Translations under genes and position numbers: made by a program
Notes under the pieces: generated by a model
Seen by the model: only the letters and a program-made list of their open reading frames with translations
Database searches by the model: none
What the model was told of the DNA's origin: nothing
In this document: piece by piece, positions 53,745 through 63,010 of the stretch
How the letters are laid out: each line of letters opens with the position of its first letter
Position numbering within the stretch: the stretch's first letter is position 1
From: an uncultured Acidobacteriota bacterium
GTDB taxonomy: Bacteria > Acidobacteriota > JAQAZP01
DNA: 64,000 bases
Direction: 5' to 3'
Assembly (NCBI GenBank): GCA_963836075.1
Contig: CAWIIB010000001.1
Location: 384,001 to 448,000 of the forward strand

Positions 53745-56315
53745 TCAGCGCCCGGGACTGGCGGAAAGATGCTGGAGGATTTCGTCCTTGCCCGACGCGA
53801 TCCCCACCACCTGTTCGTCGTTGTCCAGCTCCAGCAGGATCGGCACGTCGAGGCTGCCGTCCACCGACCGCTGCACCCGTTTCCGCAGCAGCGGGTAGAA
53901 CTGGGTGAACATGTCGCGGCCCTTCTTCTCTTTCAGGTTGTAGACCTGGCGTTCGCTGAAGGGAAGAACGTCGTTGATGCTGGAGATGGTCTCGGTGCAG
54001 GCAGTGCAGTTGGGCATGGTGAACAGCTTCAGGGTCCGGCCACCGTTGCCGCCGGTCGGCGCCGCCGGCAGCAGTTCCTCTCCGGGCAGTGCCGCCGCGG
54101 CCACAGTGGCCGCCTGCTCCACCGGCTGCTCCACCGCCCCCGGCGATAGCGGCCCGGCGTCCTCGCCCACCCGCGCTTTGTGAGAGTGCGGCAGGCCCAC
54201 CGGGCACTGCTCGAAGGTGGTGCGCTCGAAATATTCCTCGCGCTTGCCCTTGTTCCAGTTGCCCACCGGGCGGTAGTAGCCGACGATCCTCGAATAGACC
54301 TCGGTGTCGGCCCCGCAGTCACCGCACTGGAACTGCTCACCCTTGAGGTAACCGTGGTCGGGACAGACCGAAAAGGTGGGGGTGATGGTGAAGTAGGGAA
54401 TGCGGTAGTTTTCGGCGATCCGCTTGACCAGCGACTTGCAGGCCTCCAGGTCATCGATGGATTCACCGATCATCGAATGGAAGACGGTTCCGCCGGTGTA
54501 GCGCGACTGCACCGGCTCCTGGAGGTCCAGCGCCTCGAAGAGGTCGCTGGTCAGGTTCACCGGCAGCTGGGTGGAATTGGTGTAATACGGGTCCTCCTCG
54601 CCGGCGGTGACGATCTCGGGGAACTCCTGTTTGTCGATCTTGGCCAGGCGGTAGGATGTCGACTCGGCCGGTGTGGCCTCGAGGTTATACATGCTGCCGG
54701 TCTCCTTCTGGAAGGTGACCAGCACGTCACGCATGTAATCGAGCACCTCGATGGTGAAATCGGCGGCGTCCTGGTGCTCGATGCTCTTGCCGAGGAAGTT
54801 GAGACAACACTCGTTCATCCCCACGATGCCGATGGTGGAAAAGTGGTTGTCCCAGCTGCCGAGGTAGCGCTGGGTGTAGGGGAAGAGCCCCTCATCCATC
54901 AGCTTGGTCACCACCCGCCGCTTGGTCTCCAGCGAGTCGCGGCCGATTTCCAGCAGCCGGGTCAGGTTGCCGTAAAATTCGTCCCGGGTCTCGGAGATGT
55001 ACCCGATGCGGGGCAGGTTGAGGGTGACCACCCCGATGGAGCCGGTGAGTTCGGCGGCGCCGAACAGCCCCCCGCCCTTCTTCTTCAGTTCCCGCTTGTC
55101 CAGCTGGAGCCGGCAGCACATGGAGCGCACGTCCCCCGGCTTGAGGTCGCTGTTGATGAAGTTCTGGAAATAGGGGGTACCGTATTTTCCGGTCATCTGG
55201 AAGAGCAGCGTGGCATTGGGGCTGTCCCAGTCGAAGTCACGGGTGATGTTGTAGGTGGGAATCGGGTAGGGGAACCCGCGCCCGTCGGCGTCACCCTCCA
55301 TCATCACTTCGAGGAACGCCCGGTTGACCACATCCATCTCTTTCTGGTAGTCGCCGTAGGTGGTATCCAGTTCCATGCCGCCCACCAGGGCCGGCTTGTC
55401 CTTCAGGTCTTCGGGAACGGTCCAGTCGAGGGTGATGTTGGTGAACGGCGCCTGGCTGCCCCAGCGGGAGGGCGTGTTGACGCCGAAGACAAAGCTCTGC
55501 ACGTGCTGCTTCACGTCTTCGAAGCTGAGGTTGTCCACGCGCACAAAGGGGGCGAGATAGGTGTCAAAGCTGGAGAACGCCTGGGCCCCGGCCCACTCGT
55601 TCTGCAGCACGCCGAGGAAGTTGACCATCTGGGCGCTGAGGGTGCTGAGATGTTTGGCCGGCCGGGAACTGATCTTGTTTTCCACCCCGCCCAGACCTTC
55701 CCGGATCAGCTGGTCCAGGCTCCAGCCGGCGCAGTAGCCGGAGAACATGGAGAGGTCGTGGATGTGCATCTCTCCGTCGCGGTGGGCGTCGGCGATCTCC
55801 TTGGTGTAGATGTGGTTCAGCCAGTAGTTGGCGGTGACCGTTCCCGAGTTGTGCAGGATCAGCCCGCCCAGAGAGTAGTTGACGTTACTGTTTTCCCGGA
55901 CCCGCCAGTCGGCCTGGCTGAGGTAACCGTCCATGGTGCTGTGGATGTCGAGGAGCATGCTCCGCGCGTCGCGGAGCCGGGCGTGCTGTTCGCGGTAGAG
56001 AATGTACGCCTTGGCCGTCCTGGCGTGGCCCTCTTCAATGAGAACCTTTTCCACCAGATCCTGGATCTGCTCCACGGCCGGAATGCTCCGCTTGTGAAAG
56101 CTGGTCAGCACCGCCTCGCAGACCTTGTTGGAAAGCCGGACCGCTGCCTCCCGGTCGGTCCCCCCCACGGATTTCGCTGCCTTGAAGATGGCATCCGTGA
56201 TCCGCTCCTGGTCGAACGGAGCGATATTTCCATTCCGTTTCCGTATCTGATGCTTGTTCAGCAGGAACCGGAATTTGGGCATGACGTTCCCGTTGCTCGC
56301 CTCTTCATGACCCAT
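53745..56315 (-). CDS. nrdD: Class III ribonucleotide reductase with ATP cone and a C-terminal CxxC glutaredoxin-like domain
   Basis: ATP cone IRKRNG..FD..RI..AI...VEQIQDLVE; HIHDL, YCAG, SMCCRL, NLEATPAE, Zn ribbon CPDH...CGDC, glycyl-radical loop YSRIVGYYRP; ATG 56315 after GGAGG. Confidence 0.94.
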   Translation of the reverse strand: MGHEEASNGNVMPKFRFLLNKHQIRKRNGNIAPFDQERITDAIFKAAKSVGGTDREAAVRLSNKVCEAVLTSFHKRSIPAVEQIQDLVEKVLIEEGHARTAKAYILYREQHARLRDARSMLLDIHSTMDGYLSQADWRVRENSNVNYSLGGLILHNSGTVTANYWLNHIYTKEIADAHRDGEMHIHDLSMFSGYCAGWSLDQLIREGLGGVENKISSRPAKHLSTLSAQMVNFLGVLQNEWAGAQAFSSFDTYLAPFVRVDNLSFEDVKQHVQSFVFGVNTPSRWGSQAPFTNITLDWTVPEDLKDKPALVGGMELDTTYGDYQKEMDVVNRAFLEVMMEGDADGRGFPYPIPTYNITRDFDWDSPNATLLFQMTGKYGTPYFQNFINSDLKPGDVRSMCCRLQLDKRELKKKGGGLFGAAELTGSIGVVTLNLPRIGYISETRDEFYGNLTRLLEIGRDSLETKRRVVTKLMDEGLFPYTQRYLGSWDNHFSTIGIVGMNECCLNFLGKSIEHQDAADFTIEVLDYMRDVLVTFQKETGSMYNLEATPAESTSYRLAKIDKQEFPEIVTAGEEDPYYTNSTQLPVNLTSDLFEALDLQEPVQSRYTGGTVFHSMIGESIDDLEACKSLVKRIAENYRIPYFTITPTFSVCPDHGYLKGEQFQCGDCGADTEVYSRIVGYYRPVGNWNKGKREEYFERTTFEQCPVGLPHSHKARVGEDAGPLSPGAVEQPVEQAATVAAAALPGEELLPAAPTGGNGGRTLKLFTMPNCTACTETISSINDVLPFSERQVYNLKEKKGRDMFTQFYPLLRKRVQRSVDGSLDVPILLELDNDEQVVGIASGKDEILQHLSASPGR

Positions 56316-56359
56316 ACTCAACCTCCAGAAATAGTACGCCATCCGATGACGAAAGCCCG

Positions 56360-56437
56360 TACACATATATTGTTATTATTTGGGGGATATATACTATATC
56401 TTGTGCCTAAGGATAATAGTGCCACCATATCTTGCTG
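56360..56437. promoter_or_regulatory. Three tandem NrdR-box-like sites upstream of nrdD
   Basis: TACACATATATTGTTA (56360), ATACTATATCTTGTGC (56391), CCACCATATCTTGCTG (56422), exactly 31 bp apart, against the consensus acaCwAtATaTwGtgt. Confidence 0.75.
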
Positions 56438-56732
56438 TCAAGCCTCAGGACGATTTATTTTCACAGCGCCGGTCACGGCACTGGTAACCCGCCGTTTCTG
56501 AACCGTTTCCCCGCAATTTTTCCCGTCGATCGCCCCCCTTGACGCGATGACTGAAGCCTCGGTGGCATTCCTGCGGCTCGGTCTGATGCCGGACCTGCGT
56601 CTCTTGACGATAGACAGTGGTTTTGGTATGGTTCCGGATACTGTAAGTTCACAAATATATCAGCGATACAGTGGTCTAACCGTATATTTTCCAATCAGGG
56701 GATCCCCCCTAAAAACTCAAGGAGATCAACAC

Positions 56733-57047
56733 ATGTCCAAACGCTTTTTCCAGATTGCCCTCGCCTTCGTCGCCGTGATTGTTTTCGTGCTCGCACCCAT
56801 CGCTTGCCAGCAGGCGGAGCAGGCCACCGACACCACGGATACAGCCAAGCCGTCCGGCCCCCCCAGCGGCAAGAAACTGATGGCCGCCAAGCCCCAGGCC
56901 GAGGGGGCCGTTGACGACGCCGCAGAAGCCGCGGGTGAAGAGCTCGACGGCATCGTTGAAGAAGGTACCGATGCCGCCGGGGACGTGGTGGAAGAAATTG
57001 TGGAAGAGGGAACCGAAACAGTCGAGGACCTGACCAAAGACCACTAG
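56733..57047 (+). CDS. Small acidic, low-complexity lipoprotein
   Basis: AAGGAG RBS; lipobox PIAC; D/E/A/T-rich tail. Confidence 0.75.
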   Translation: MSKRFFQIALAFVAVIVFVLAPIACQQAEQATDTTDTAKPSGPPSGKKLMAAKPQAEGAVDDAAEAAGEELDGIVEEGTDAAGDVVEEIVEEGTETVEDLTKDH

Positions 57048-57243
57048 GCAGCAAGTTGCCACTCACCGTCCCGGGGGTGCCAGCCCTTCGCGGTGGCACT
57101 CCCGTTTTGCTGTACGGCGTCTCCTGCCGGCTGCGGGTGGGTCCATCCACAAAATTATGTGCTATCAACAAGTTTGACAGTGCAGATCCTCTGGACTATA
57201 GTCTCATTCTCCACGAAAACCGGACTAGCTGGATGAGGTAAAA

Positions 57244-58002
57244 ATGCAGGAAACTGAGCAGAATCTTGCCGTGTTTGTCGACTTTGAAAACCTGGCCCTC
57301 GGTTTCAAGGACATGAAATCGAAACATTTCGAGATCCAGAAAGTTCTCGAACGCCTGGTTGAAAAAGGTAAAATCATCGCCAAGAAAGCCTATGCCGACT
57401 GGTCTCGTTTCGGCGAGTACAAACGGACTCTTCACGAAGCGGCGATGGAACTGATCGACATCCCCAAACGGCACATGACCGGAAAGAACTCCGCCGACAT
57501 CCGCCTGGTGGTGGATGCCATGGACCTCTCCTATGCCAAGGAGCACATCGACACCTTTGTCATCGTATCCGGGGACAGCGATTTCTCGCCCCTGGTCTCG
57601 AAACTGAAGGAGAACGGCAAGCACGTCATCGGCCTGGGGATGAAAGACTCTTCCTCCGAACTGCTGATCAACAACTGCGACGAGTTCATCTTCTACGAAG
57701 ACCTGGTACGGCCCACCACCAGCCCGCCGAAATTCGGCCGTATGGACAAGAAGAAAAAGGAGGCCTTCCAGTTGATGGTGGACTCGGTGGTGGCCCTGGT
57801 TCGTGAGAACAAGCCGGTGCTCTGGTCATCGATGGTCAAGGAGACCATGAAGCGCAAGAAGCCTTCGTTCAACGAGACCTATCACGGCTACCGGACGTTC
57901 AGCGAGCTGCTGGAGGACGCGGAAAAGAACGGGGTCATCCTGCTGCGCAAGGACACCCGCAGCGGCACCTATGTCATCGAGGGCTTCGGCAAAAAGAATT
58001 GA
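57244..58002 (+). CDS. NYN (LabA/DUF88 PIN-like) domain protein with C-terminal OST-HTH/LOTUS domain
   Basis: AVFVDFENL, AYADW, KNSADIRLVVDAM, VSGDSDFSPL, PSFNETYHGYRTFSELL. Confidence 0.9.
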   Translation: MQETEQNLAVFVDFENLALGFKDMKSKHFEIQKVLERLVEKGKIIAKKAYADWSRFGEYKRTLHEAAMELIDIPKRHMTGKNSADIRLVVDAMDLSYAKEHIDTFVIVSGDSDFSPLVSKLKENGKHVIGLGMKDSSSELLINNCDEFIFYEDLVRPTTSPPKFGRMDKKKKEAFQLMVDSVVALVRENKPVLWSSMVKETMKRKKPSFNETYHGYRTFSELLEDAEKNGVILLRKDTRSGTYVIEGFGKKN

Positions 58003-58028
58003 ACGTGACCAGGGGAGGACCGGGGCCG

Positions 58029-58298
58029 ATGGCCAGGGAAGACGAAACAGGAAAAAACGAGGCGGTTGACTACTTCCGGGCCTACCTGGAAAACGGCGGC
58101 CTTTCCATGGAGCCCCGCTGCCGCTGCGGTGAGCAGCTGGACGAGCAATACCACTGCCCGGCCTGCGACCGGGACTGCCGCTGCACCACCTTCCTCTGCG
58201 ACGACGAAGAGACGCTGGCCGCGGTGAAACGCTTTATCGAGAAGCAGCCCAGCTTCCGCGACTTCCGGGCCCTGCTGGCCGGCGACAGTCGCGCCTGA
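58029..58298 (+). CDS. Small Cys-rich putative metal-binding protein
   Basis: GGAGG RBS; CRCG...HCPACDRDCRC...C. Confidence 0.7.
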   Translation: MAREDETGKNEAVDYFRAYLENGGLSMEPRCRCGEQLDEQYHCPACDRDCRCTTFLCDDEETLAAVKRFIEKQPSFRDFRALLAGDSRA

Positions 58299-58329
58299 AC
58301 CTGGCCCGCCGCGCGGCCAGACGCCTGAC

Positions 58330-58361
58330 AAAAAGCCCCCCGGCGGACCGGGGGGCTTTTT
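58330..58361. terminator. Bidirectional intrinsic terminator
   Basis: AAAAAGCCCCCCGG-CGGA-CCGGGGGGCTTTTT. Confidence 0.85.
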
Positions 58362-58378
58362 AGTGTACCGTGGTCGGT

Positions 58379-59974
58379 TCAGACGGTTTTGATCACCACC
58401 GCGTTGGTCACCGCGGCCTGGGGGTGGATCGCCGCGTCGTCCTGGATAATCCCCTGCAGGGTGTAGAGCCGGCCGGCGGGAAGACCGCCGGCAACGTTGG
58501 CGATGGTGCACGGTGCCTGGGGGGCGAAACGGTTGGGCACCCCCAGGACCGACTGGTAGCCGAGGTTGTTCCAGATCAGCACCGGCTGGGGGGCCGCCCC
58601 GTTCATCGGCGTGGGCAGGCAGGTGTGCCCCAGGTCCCAGGGCTGGGTCTTGTGGCAGCAGGCCTCCGGCTGCCTGGTCCAGGCATAGAGCGCGTATTTC
58701 GACTGGGACCGCGAGGGCGGCGCGTTGAGGGTGATGACGATGGGCTGCCCGGCGGGCACCTCCACCACGCCGCCGTTGACCCCGGCGCTGCCGTTGACAA
58801 AGAGGACGTTGGGCACCAGGCCGGCTCCCTTGTTCACGTTGCCCCTCCAGCAGTCCTCACCAAAACGGGCGTCGCGCTCGATATACCAGATGTCGGTGTA
58901 GTTGCCCAGGCCGTCACAGTGCTCGTGCACGCCGAGGTTGTGGTACTCCATGGCCTCGTGCAGATACTGGTGCGAGGTCTCGGAAACACCGTGATGGGCC
59001 TGCTCGGCCAGCAGGTAGTCGACCATCACCGATTCGTGGGCCACCGGGTCGAAGGAGAGGAAGAGGCTGTTCGGTGTGGGGCCGCCGGGGAAGGTGTCCC
59101 ACTGCATCGGCTCGCCGTAGGGGCCGCCGTTATAGAGACCGAAGAGCGCGTCACCCAGCAACAGCCGGGTCTTGTCGCGGATGTGCGGGTTGACGTAAAA
59201 GTCGGAGAGGTTGGTGTGGATCGAGGAGTGCAGGCTCGACGGGCCGGGCTTCGAGGTGCCCAGATGGTTCTTGAAACACATGGTGGCCAGCACGTAGAAG
59301 TGGTCCTTGAACAGCGGCAGGTTGATCAGGTGCTGCGACTGGCTGACCACCAGGGGGATGTACTGGGTGGAGATGTTGCGGAAGGTCACCGGCGCGTCGT
59401 AGTCGGCCTGGGCCAGGGCGTCCCCCGACTCCACGTAGGTCACCCCGTAGGTCACCCGGTCCTTGACCCGCTGCTGGTGGATCGGACGTGAGCAGTCATA
59501 GACCCGGATATCGGCCGCCGGGATCCCCTTGATGTCCACCAGGCCGTGGCACAGGGCATTGATCGTGGGGGCGATGGCGTCCATCTCGTTGGACAAGCCG
59601 GCATAGTTGTTCAGATTGATCTTCACCGCCACCTTGTCGCCCGGCACGTAGGCGGCCATGATCACGTCCCAGGCATCGGCCACGGTGAAGGTGTTGGTCA
59701 GGCACTTGACCCCCACGTCGAGCATGTCGTCCACCACGCCCTGGTTGATGTGATCGAAGTAGTAGTCGGTGGAATAATCCCAGTAGGTGGCCCGGTCGTC
59801 ATGGACCCGCACAACCTTGGGCCGCGCCCGGCCGGCTGTGGCCGCCCCGGCCTTCTTCACGGAAAACGGCTGCACCACGGCAGCGCCCGCCGCTGCCGCC
59901 GCCCCGGTCTTCAGAAAGTCTCGCCGGTTGAGACACGCTTTCCGTTCTGACGCCCGATCATCCTTCTTGCTCAT
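58379..59974 (-). CDS. Tat-exported DUF362-like protein with an appended C-terminal domain
   Basis: NRRDFLK Tat motif; KVAVKIN, LINLPLFKDH, TMCFKNHLG, SFDPVA; extra C-terminal domain starting CWRGNVN. Confidence 0.8.
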   Translation of the reverse strand: MSKKDDRASERKACLNRRDFLKTGAAAAAGAAVVQPFSVKKAGAATAGRARPKVVRVHDDRATYWDYSTDYYFDHINQGVVDDMLDVGVKCLTNTFTVADAWDVIMAAYVPGDKVAVKINLNNYAGLSNEMDAIAPTINALCHGLVDIKGIPAADIRVYDCSRPIHQQRVKDRVTYGVTYVESGDALAQADYDAPVTFRNISTQYIPLVVSQSQHLINLPLFKDHFYVLATMCFKNHLGTSKPGPSSLHSSIHTNLSDFYVNPHIRDKTRLLLGDALFGLYNGGPYGEPMQWDTFPGGPTPNSLFLSFDPVAHESVMVDYLLAEQAHHGVSETSHQYLHEAMEYHNLGVHEHCDGLGNYTDIWYIERDARFGEDCWRGNVNKGAGLVPNVLFVNGSAGVNGGVVEVPAGQPIVITLNAPPSRSQSKYALYAWTRQPEACCHKTQPWDLGHTCLPTPMNGAAPQPVLIWNNLGYQSVLGVPNRFAPQAPCTIANVAGGLPAGRLYTLQGIIQDDAAIHPQAAVTNAVVIKTV

Positions 59975-60256
59975 TGCCTGACACCTCTTCAAGTTAGTCC
60001 GCCGCCGCTTCAACAACCACGATATGAATGCCCGGTACACAGAACACACCGTCGCCGGCTACCGTTCATGATCGATTCCCGCAAGATGATCACGGGACGG
60101 AGAGGACCGCGCCGCGGCGATGTCCTCCTCCGAGGCCAGTTCATTATTAATACTGTCCGGGCCCGGTTCTGTCAAGAAAAGTGCTGTTCATCCGGGAAAT
60201 CGAAGCCGTGGAGGCAGGAGAATCCTGTTGCGGAACGCAAAAAGCGCACTGCCCCA

Positions 60257-60285
60257 TTGCCCGGTAACCGGGCCTGCACTATAAT
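60257..60285 (+). promoter_or_regulatory. Putative sigma70 promoter of the aldehyde dehydrogenase gene
   Basis: TTGCCC-17 nt-TATAAT. Confidence 0.6.
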
Positions 60286-60389
60286 CCTGCCTTGATTTTA
60301 TCGCTCGATTTTCGGCAGGCTGATCCGCAGCCGGCGCCGGTTTACGAAATAGGCCCCCACCCTTGGGCCTGGCAGGAGGATTCGCAAGC

Positions 60390-61931
60390 ATGAGCAGCAC
60401 CGAAGTGAAGGACGTTCTCCAACAGCTTGGCCTGGAAGCCGTGAACCCCGGGGCCTGCGGCAAAAAGTGGTATCGCGAGAGCGCCCGCGACGAACTGGTA
60501 TCGGTCAATCCGGCCACCGGCGAACCGATCGCCAGCGTACTCCAGGCCAATGACGCCGACTTCGAGCGGGTGATGGCCGACGCCGAGGAGGCCTTCAAGT
60601 CGTTCCGCATGATGCCCGCCCCCCAGCGGGGAATGGTGGTCCACGACATGACCGTGGCCCTCACCGAATACAAGGAGCCCCTGGGCGCCCTGGTCAGCAT
60701 TGAGATGGGCAAGATCCTTTCCGAGGGTCTCGGTGAAGTGCAGGAGATGATCGACATCGGCCACCTGGCGGTGGGCCTCTCCCGCCAGCTCTACGGGCTG
60801 ACCACCCACTCCGAGCGGCCGCTGCACCGGATGTACGAACAGTGGCACCCCTACGGCACCATCGGCATCATCTCCGCCTTCAACTTCCCGGTGGCCGTCT
60901 GGGCCTGGAACGCGCTGATCGCCGCGGCTTGCGGCGACACCAGTATCTGGAAACCCTCCTCCTCCACCCCGCTCACCGCGGTGGCCACACAGAACATCGT
61001 CAACCGCGTGCTGGAGAAGCACGGTCTGCAGGGCATCATGACCACGGTGATCGGCAAGGGCAGCGTGGTGGGCGAGCAGTTGATCAACGACGAACGGATC
61101 CCGCTGGTCTCCTTCACCGGTTCCACCAGAATGGGAAAACGGGTGGGCGAAGTGGTCGGCGGCCGCCTGGGCAACACCATTCTCGAACTGGGCGGCAACA
61201 ACTGCATCATCGTCGCCCCCAGCGCCAACCTCGACATGGCCATGCGCTCGATCCTCTTCGGCGCCGTGGGCACCGCAGGCCAGCGCTGCACCTCCACCCG
61301 CCGGGTGATCATGCACAAGAGCGTGGCCACGGAGCTGACCGATAAGCTGGTGGCCACCTACCCCAAGATCCGCATCGGCAACCCGCTGGACCCCAACACC
61401 CTGATGGGCCCGCTGGTGGATCAGAGTGCGGTGGACACCATGATGGCCGCCCTGGCCGAGCTGAGGGAGAATGGCGCCGAGATCCTCTGCGGCGGCGAAG
61501 TTCTGAACGACGGCGAGTATGCCGGCGGGCACTTCGTCACCCCGTCCCTGGTCAAGGCGTCCAACGACCTCGACGTGGTGCAGCGCGAGACCTTTGCCCC
61601 GATCCTCTACCTCATGGAATACGACGAGATCGACGAGGCCATCGCCATGCACAACAACGTTCCCCAGGGACTGTCTTCCGCCATCTTCAGCAACAATCTG
61701 CTGGAGACCGAAGCCTTTCTCAGCCACCGCGGCTCGGACTGCGGCATCGCCAACGTCAACATCGGCACCTCGGGGGCCGAGATCGGCCTGGCCTTTGGCG
61801 GTGAAAAGGAAACCGGCGGCGGCCGCGAGTCGGGCTCCGACGCCTGGAAGGCCTACATGCGCCGGCAGTCCAACACCATCAACTGGGGCACCGAGCTGCC
61901 CCTGGCCCAGGGGGTGAAGTTCGACGTCTGA
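60390..61931 (+). CDS. ALDH7/AmaB-like aldehyde dehydrogenase (piperideine-6-carboxylate / aminoadipate semialdehyde type)
   Basis: EGLGEVQEMIDI, SRQLYG, ISAFNFPVAVW.WN, LELGGNN, GTAGQRCT, ETFAP, GGRESGSDAWKAYMRR. Confidence 0.9.
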   Translation: MSSTEVKDVLQQLGLEAVNPGACGKKWYRESARDELVSVNPATGEPIASVLQANDADFERVMADAEEAFKSFRMMPAPQRGMVVHDMTVALTEYKEPLGALVSIEMGKILSEGLGEVQEMIDIGHLAVGLSRQLYGLTTHSERPLHRMYEQWHPYGTIGIISAFNFPVAVWAWNALIAAACGDTSIWKPSSSTPLTAVATQNIVNRVLEKHGLQGIMTTVIGKGSVVGEQLINDERIPLVSFTGSTRMGKRVGEVVGGRLGNTILELGGNNCIIVAPSANLDMAMRSILFGAVGTAGQRCTSTRRVIMHKSVATELTDKLVATYPKIRIGNPLDPNTLMGPLVDQSAVDTMMAALAELRENGAEILCGGEVLNDGEYAGGHFVTPSLVKASNDLDVVQRETFAPILYLMEYDEIDEAIAMHNNVPQGLSSAIFSNNLLETEAFLSHRGSDCGIANVNIGTSGAEIGLAFGGEKETGGGRESGSDAWKAYMRRQSNTINWGTELPLAQGVKFDV

Positions 61932-61959
61932 TCGTTAGTTCCACTGATCCGTACAGACC

Positions 61960-62000
61960 AACGGCGCGGCGGGAGCTGATCCCCGTCGCGCCGTTTTTTT
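61960..62000 (+). terminator. Intrinsic terminator after the ALDH gene
   Basis: AACGGCGCGGCGGG...CCCGTCGCGCCGTT followed by a T-tract. Confidence 0.75.
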
Positions 62001-62008
62001 CGTGAGGT

Positions 62009-63010
62009 TTAGAGCCTGCCGCCAGCCACGGTGGCCCCGTGGGTCCACCCTTCGGGGAACGCGTCAAAGGTGAGCCACTCGGTTACCTCTGCCCCGTCGT
62101 ATCGATAGGCCTTGACCGGTGTGCCCGCAGAGGGGTCCGGCCCCGCCCCCACCAGCAGCTCGTCGCGGCCGTCATGGTCCAGGTCCAGTCCGGCATGGAC
62201 ATTTGCCCCGTAGCGAACCACCGAAGCCGGCCAGGCAAAGAAACTGAGCCCGGGCAGCGGTGAAACCGCCTCCCCGTCATGGTTCCACCCCCGCACATGC
62301 GTCCCGAACACGGCGCCCGGACCGGGTGCGGTGACGATCTCGTCGAGGCCGTCTCCGTCCAGGTCGCCGCAGGCCACGTTGACCCCGTACTTGTGTGTGC
62401 CGTAAGCAAAAAAGCTCACTTCCGGCATGGGTGCAGCCGTTTCGCCGTCCACGTTCCACCCGCGGACATGGGGGCCGAAGATCGCCCCCGGCCCCGCTCC
62501 GGTGACGATCTCGTCGAAACCGTCCCCGTCCAGGTCGCCGCAGGCCACGTTCACCCCCCAGCGGTGCGTGCCGTAAGCCAGGAAGTTGACCCCGGACAAC
62601 GGTTCCACCCCTCCCGAGAGCAGGTAGCGAAAGCCCCGGACATGTGGGCCGAACACGGCGCCCGGGCCGGCCCCGGTGACGATCTCATCGTAGATATTCA
62701 GGTTCAGGTTGCCGGCGGCCACGTTCACCCCGAACCTGTTGGTGCCGTAGGCCAGAAAACTGAGCCCCTCCACCGGTACGCCGTCGCTGCGGAAGCCCCG
62801 CACATGCGGGCCGAAAACCGCGCCGGGACCCGGACCGGTGAGAATCTCGTCCATGCCGTCGGCGTCCACATCACCGCAGCTGACGTTGATGCCGTAGTGA
62901 GCGGGACCGTAGGCCTGGAACTGGCCGACCATCGGCGTGCCGCTTTCGGCTGCGAACATACGCACCACGGGCGGGTTGTCCACTGCAGGCCCGGGCCCGA
63001 CCAGGATCAT
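62009..63010 (-). repeat. Tandem FG-GAP-like repeats homologous to 39942..40949
   Basis: Same unit (F.AYGT..(F/W/Y)GVNVACGDLDGDG.DEIVT..GPGA.FGPHVRG), same copy number and same terminal half-units. Confidence 0.85.

Noticed and set aside
56440-56732. Structured ncRNA or riboswitch in the nrdD-lipoprotein intergenic region
   Set aside because: Only short, weak complementarities and a probable promoter are visible; no known motif recognised. A covariance-model search would be needed.
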